A stretch of DNA of 64,000 bases from Eledone cirrhosa. Lineage: Eukaryota. The notes under the pieces were generated by a model that was not told the DNA's origin, made no database searches, and was given only the letters and a program-made list of their open reading frames with translations. The stretch spans positions 53,816,001 to 53,880,000 of the forward strand of contig OZ024740.1 of the NCBI GenBank assembly GCA_964016885.1, in the 5' to 3' direction. A program made the position numbers and the translations under genes. Positions 57,370-64,000 of the stretch are shown here, piece by piece. Position 1 is the stretch's first letter; each line of letters starts with the position of its first letter.

Positions 57370-57900
57370 TAGATAAATCTACCAAAAGTTTACGGTAGTG
57401 TCCAATCCGTATGAAGAACTCAATGTAATCCGGATATCATGGAAAGAAGAGATGCATTCAAAAATCACTTTCGGTGAAAGATAAACGGAATACAGAGTCA
57501 AGATAAAATATTAAAAAAATAATGAATAAAACAAAGAAACAGTTCCTTATATTAAACAAAAAAAGTTCATTATTTAACGATCGTTTCTAGGACATATATG
57601 TGTTAGAATTGGCATGCATATTCAAAAGATCTATGTACAAAATTATACAAACTATCAAGGAGATTATACATACCATCACATATATATGCTGTCTTCAGAA
57701 ATAAACTGAAGACCGCATATATATGTGATGGTATGTATATTCTCCTTGATAGTTTGTATAATTTTGTACATAGATTTTTTGAATATGCATGCCAATTCTA
57801 ACACATATATGTCCTAGAAACGATCGTTAAATAATGAACTTTTTTTGTTTAATATAAGGAACTGTTTCTTTGTTTTATTCATTATTTTTTTAATATTTTA
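57370..57900. repeat. Solo PLE terminal repeat folded back on itself, with two back-to-back hammerhead motifs (57570-57704 minus, 57706-57834 plus)
   Basis: Homologous to 24130-24455; palindrome about 57504-57900; CTGAAGA...ccta-GAAA-CGATCG-TT-aaataa on both strands. Confidence 0.8.
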
Positions 57901-58083
57901 TATATATATATATATATATTATATATGTACATACATACATAGATATAGATATAGATATACATATACGTTTTACGTGTGTTGTATTGAAGCTAATAACTGG
58001 GAATGTATCTTACATTGCCCATGGAGTACGCTGAGATAAAACGGATCCTGGCATTGATAAATATGCTGAGTCCGTCAACTCCT

Positions 58084-58140
<57 letters not shown>

Positions 58141-58202
58141 CATATACACAGAGGTATCCAACGTAAGTTGTGGGGGTCTATTATGATGAAGAACTCGATG
58201 TA

Positions 58203-58752
58203 ATCCATATGAGATTTTTTCTTTATATCCACTTCTAGTTAAGGCCTCGTTGTAGAAGGGTGCATTATTATAAAATATATCTTCATTGGAAGATAATTTA
58301 GAAAGTCTAAGAGATATGTTATATACTAAGTTCTTGAGTATAGAGCCAGGGTGGTTAGATCGTGAATATACATAATGTAGATTCTGGTTAGGTTTGTGGT
58401 AAGGTTGATAAGTATTCGTAGAGAGGTCTAAGGTAACGTCAAGGAAATTAGCTACTTTTGAAGTGTTTTCAAAAGTGATGCTAAGGCTGTAATAGTCCTT
58501 GAGGAATTTTCTAATTTGTTTTTTGTTTTTCTCTATATTGGAATTGCTAAGATTGTTAGATAAAATAGACAATCATCCCGATAAAGACCACCTTTGCGGT
58601 GGGGAAAAGAGTCATGAATGTTATAGAGGAGAAATAGTCCAACGAGGTCTGTAACTTGAGCTGAGTCCATGGATCCCATCGTAATATCGAATAAGTTGTT
58701 CTATGTGTTTCTTGTCCAGTATTCTTCTTGGAAGTTTAGTAAGGTTTTTCTA
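58203..58752 (-). pseudogene. Inverted Penelope RT catalytic fragment
   Basis: FDITMGSMDSAQVTDLVG, GLYRDD, NFLDVTLDL, YQPYHKPN, SNHP. Confidence 0.88.
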
Positions 58753-60489
58753 AGAAAAATAAAAAACAAATTAAAAAATTCCTCAAGGACTATTACAGCC
58801 TTAGCATCACTTTTGAAAATACTTCAAAAGTAGATAATTTCCTTGACGTTACTTAAGAACTTAGTATATAACACATCTCTTAGACTTTCTAAATTATCTT
58901 CCAATGAAGATATATTTTATAATAATGCACCCTTCTACAACGAGGCCTTAGCTAGAAGTGGATATAAAGAAAAAGATCTCATATATCCCCAACACTACTA
59001 TGGATCAAAACATAAAACCTAACAAAAACTGCAAACACCAAAAAATACCATTGAAACAAATACCTAAAGTGGTTATTCCTATTACACCAAACAACCGAAA
59101 AACCACAACAACTATTACTACACGATCTATGACCAATGTTATCAACCCACATATGAATGCCAAGCACTCAAAATCTCATAATCTACCCAAAAATAACAGC
59201 GAATACAACTACGGTAATTTACCAAATTTCACAAATAAGGACAATAACCATAGGAATTCTTCTAGAACACAACACAATAATATAAGTGATAATAAGAACT
59301 TAACTAAAAACCGCAAAAGAAACATAACATGGTACAACGCACCCTTCAACATTCAACCTATTGGACAAATACCCAAAAAATTCTTTGAAATTCTACATCA
59401 ACATTTTCTAGCGAACCGCAGATACCACCAAATATTTAACAAATATACTGTTAAATTCTCATATTCTACATCAAGCAATCTCCAGCAAAAAATAAGCAAC
59501 TACAACATATATAAACTTAAAATTGACCACCACAACATAATTTAAATAGGATTGCACCTTTTAAAAAGGCAAATAATACAATCCTTCAACCTAGAAAACA
59601 CAACCACCCAAATCACCAACACAAAAACAACAGAACACAAAATCACAATACAACCCTAGCACCAAACCATCCACAAAGCAACCTTCATTCTCCTGCTATC
59701 ATTAATTACAATAGAAATAGCTCAAGGATTAATGAGAATAGTATAGGCAACCCCAACAACCATCTTACGTATGGCTGTAATTGCAGAAATAGAAGTATTT
59801 GCCCCTTAAATGGCAACTGTTTTGATTAAGAATGTAATATATAAATGCACTGTGTCTACTACAGACGCCAACACAACATATATAGGATCTACATCAAACA
59901 CATTTATGAAAAGATTTTACGCACACTCTAGTAGTTTCAACAATACTAAACTAGCTAACACCACCACTTTAGCTGAAGCGGTAAATAATTATAAAAAGAA
60001 AAAAAATAGATTTCAAGTTATCGTGGAACACCATTCTACAATGAACTCCATATCTTAGGAACAGGAGGGAATGCAGATTATGTTCAGGGGAGATCTTGGA
60101 AATTACTAAATCTAAGGACGATTTATTAAATAAAAGGCAGGAATTGATCATAGTCTGTAATCATCGTGTACGAAGAACATATAAATACTATAAACCTAAT
60201 TAAATACTATAAACCTAATTAAATATTCTAAATAGCAACTCGCTATAATTCTATATAGAGTAACATTTATTAGTACCTCATTCCCCTAATTATATGCATT
60301 CATGCTTATCTTTTACCTTTTAATGTTTTAGCTTCCTTAGGTTTATGCGTTAATGACTAAAGACAACAAGGTACACAACCACCCGTAATTGCATGAGCAA
60401 ATATATATCTATGTATGATATGGAATATATTTATGTGTGTGTATATATATATATAAATATATATATATATTTATGTATGTGTATATGTG

Positions 60490-60573
<84 letters not shown>

Positions 60574-60783
60574 AGTATGTGTGTATATATATATATGTGT
60601 GTATGTTTGTGTGTGTGTATATGTGAGTATAGGTGTATGAGTGTTTATATATGAGTGTGTGTACATGTATGAGTGTGTGTACATATACACACATATATAT
60701 ATATGTGTGTGTGTATATATATATATATATAAAGCGATGAAATGCCGAGGACGGTTGGAGGGTCACTGATGAAGGACTCACTT

Positions 60784-60847
<64 letters not shown>

Positions 60848-61585
60848 ATGTGTGTATATATATATATGTATATATGTGGGTATAGGTGTGTATGTGTAGA
60901 TATAGATATTATGGATATGTATGTATATGATTATGTGCATACGTGTAAATGTGTATTTAGGTTTGCATCTATTTGTGCGTATGTATATTTGTGGTTGGAT
61001 ATCAATATAAGTGTACCTCTCTCTATATAGTGTGGATATATCCACTTTGTAATCTATGAAATTTATGTGTTTTAACTATGCCAACATGTATTTATCTGAG
61101 TTTGATTATTTATGCATAAACATACTTGATAGTACTTTAGAGCGTATCAATACTTAGTGCAATTTACCACACATATTGTGTTAGTTAAGTTGTATATTAT
61201 CGCATTACTGTATTTCATTATCTTATTATAATTTTCATCTTTTAATATACTATCTTTCCTAGCCATAACCTTAATTTATATTCACCTTAAAACTCAATAC
61301 AACACTAATCACCATTTATTTTGACATTCTTTTTAACTTCACTATACCAGATACATTCAACTACAGTTTGACAATCCCTTTCCTCCTAATAGATTGTTAT
61401 GCCAATTCTACTATTAACACCATTCAACCATTCCTTTCCAAGGGTCATGACCTCAACTAAAGCGTATTACTTTTCATCTTAACACCATATGATAAAAACA
61501 ATTTGATTCGCTAGTTCTTCAACTACCTCCAAATAAGGACATGATACAAACATTCTGAATAAAATTATTATTGAATAAAATTATT

Positions 61586-61719
61586 ATTGCTTTTGAAAAC
61601 AGCTGGTGATATGCATGAAAGTAAATATTCTCTTTATCTGATATTTTGTAACTAACCTTACATAGATCAATAACGGAGTATAGCTACAATGTATCATCTA
61701 GAAACGATCGTAAAGCAGT
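61586..61719 (+). ncRNA. Type I hammerhead motif, U3-A8 core, long stem II
   Basis: attgctt-TTGAAAA-cagctggtgatat...gtatcatcta-GAAA-CGATCG-TA-aagcagt. Confidence 0.65.
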
Positions 61720-62515
61720 GAAGTATATCTCTAATGACTTGATTTTTTATTTCATAGTTTTAACTTATATACACATATATACATAATCTTATCCACTTGT
61801 TTTAATATATTGATATCTCTAAATCATATCTATACCATTTGCTATAATTTCACTTCTTAAATCTAATGTTTTAAATTTTAATTTTAATTATAATTTTAAT
61901 TTTAATTGTAATTTTAATCTTAATTATTTTTAATTCTTTATTTTTTATTTCTTTAATTTTTTATCTATTTTTAAAAATTATTTCTTTTTTTAAAATTACT
62001 TATCTTTTATAAATTATTATTTATTTTCCAGAATTTTTAATATTTTTTCAATATCTTTTATTAGATTTATAAACACTAACTACTTCTGGCTAAATATAAC
62101 TTTAACATTTATACTTATTTTGACAAAATAGTCTCATACTAAAGAATAAATAAACAAAACTGGAGTTTTTTCCGTATCTTCCCATTTTAAAATATATAAA
62201 TATAAATATTCTTATTAACTCAGTTAACTTAATTTAATTTAACTTAATATTTACTTAAATAAAATACAAAACTAATAACTCATTAAAACAATTATCTATA
62301 ACACGATATACCCATCTATTCATTCATTTATCCATTTATCCATTTATATATTTATTTATTTAAATAAACGGTTGTTTTTCAATTATTTACATATTCATTT
62401 GCATAGTCACACATAAGTTTGAATAATCCCTAATATATTTCCACTACCCAGTGAATTTCCAACCGATAAGGTATGATTTTCATGGGTATGTCTCTATTTA
62501 TAAAACAAATTTTGT

Positions 62516-62578
62516 ATTTTATCTGATGAAAGCGTACCAATGTTGTCTTGGTTACCCTTGAAATATATATAATAAAAT
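62516..62578 (+). ncRNA. Type I hammerhead motif, canonical core
   Basis: attttat-CTGATGA-aagcgtaccaa tgttgtc ttggttaccctt-GAAA-TATATA-TA-ataaaat; 7-bp stem I. Confidence 0.72.
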
Positions 62579-62746
62579 GAATATGGTTTTATAAATATAG
62601 TTTCCATTTATTTAATATCATTGAATATTTACTCCAGTAAACTGTTGAGTGCTCTAAATCAGTTATAAACATTTATATTTGTCGGACTTCCAACAAATTA
62701 ATTACTACTTCTACTTATATATATATATATATATATATACATATAT

Positions 62747-62845
<99 letters not shown>

Positions 62846-62967
62846 CATATATAAGTGTATCGAACTAGACAAATTTACTTTGTGCTAGTACGCCGAAATC
62901 TCCCACTTGCTCAATGATTTCACGGGACCCGAATTTCCGAAGTGCCGATCAGTGAATCAGCGCACAT

Positions 62968-63158
62968 ATTTAGTTTGGCAGTATCGGGAGAGGGTTGGAC
63001 GCCATGCTTTCTAGCATAGTTACGTCCCTTTACAGTCTGAGTTTAAATCCCGCCGAGGTTAACTTTGCCTTTCATCCTTACGGGGTCGATAAAATAAAGT
63101 ACCAGTAATGTACGGGGTAATTGCTGGCCTTGTGCCTAAAGTAGAAACAATTATTAAT
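62968..63158 (+). mobile_element. tRNA-derived SINE copy
   Basis: Closely matches 8665-8855. Confidence 0.87.
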
Positions 63159-64000
63159 ATTAATGTGCGAGCGTTATTTAAGTCAGACCAGACCAAACGA
63201 AATTAATGAACTGATACACTGTAATTGTTTTAAAGCAAATCGATGATATCTAATAAATGAATGCTAGTGTATACGCTAGGAAGGAGATAATAAGTGTTTT
63301 TGTGCCTCTGCCAGATACAACAGCGGTGATAGCGGAAACGGAACTTATATTTTTAAATTTCTAGCTGTGAGAAATGTTAATAGAAAAGGTGGGTGGGGGT
63401 AAAGTTTTTTGTCTGTGTAAGATAGAAAAAGAGCTAGTGTTACTTGGAATGCATACCGAATATCTTTCATTTTTAATCCAATGGTGCAACTAACAAGCTT
63501 GTATGGAAAAGAGATACATTCTTTTATTCCCTTAATTTTTTTTATTTGCTTATGTTTCATTTTAATTTTCTACATTTTCTTTTAGTTTCTGTCCCGTTTA
63601 TTCTTTATAAACTCACTTCCATACATAACAAATCAATGGGAGAATCCATCTTGTGGTTACTCTATTTACTAGAAATAGCAGCTACTCCACCTTGAAGTCA
63701 TACCATAACATATCAAATAGTTAAACGTACATTAGATAATTAATATATTAATATATGAATAAAAAAAAAATGATTGGATAATTACGGTTGGAATACATTT
63801 ATCATAGGTCTAATATTGGTGTGAGGAAAACAGCAACAATTATAACGTTTTATGAAAAGATTTCGCCATAAAATATACATACCCATACTTTCAAAAACAT
63901 AAATGCGAATGTGTAGGCAACATCTAAACAACTCTAATGCATGCAAATGTACGCATGCTCCTGCATTTCCACTTCAACGTATTGCATACTTAAGACAATA

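Larger units (their letters stand above)
58753..62700 (+). mobile_element. Penelope-like element family A, 3' portion with long 3' region carrying two hammerhead motifs
   Basis: NITWYNAPFN, CNCR..CPL, NVIYKC..YIGSTSN.F.KR; homologous to 4089-6775 up to about 61420; 3' boundary approximate. Confidence 0.85.

Overview
AT-rich, microsatellite-dense animal genomic DNA with no confidently identifiable host gene; the SINE and repeat content suggests a cephalopod such as Octopus (inference). Much of the window consists of nested transposable elements inserted in (TA)n tracts. These include a near full-length RTE LINE (271-3590, minus), a full-length but disrupted Helitron (27212-32116), a non-autonomous Helitron, at least seven Penelope-like element (PLE) fragments, Tx1/L1, R4/Dong and RTE remnants, and tRNA-derived SINEs. 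Most ORF-track entries are microsatellite artefacts. The main hidden signal is RNA-structural: about 30 type I hammerhead ribozyme motifs from several families. Fourteen of them lie in an apparently identical 310-bp tandem array (40911-45313) that switches strand in the middle and looks like a retrozyme (small circular RNA) concatemer. A second, older retrozyme-like unit of about 440 bp lies at 8940-10002. Several PLE terminal-repeat hammerheads carry a compensatory U3-A8 core and/or very long stem II insertions.
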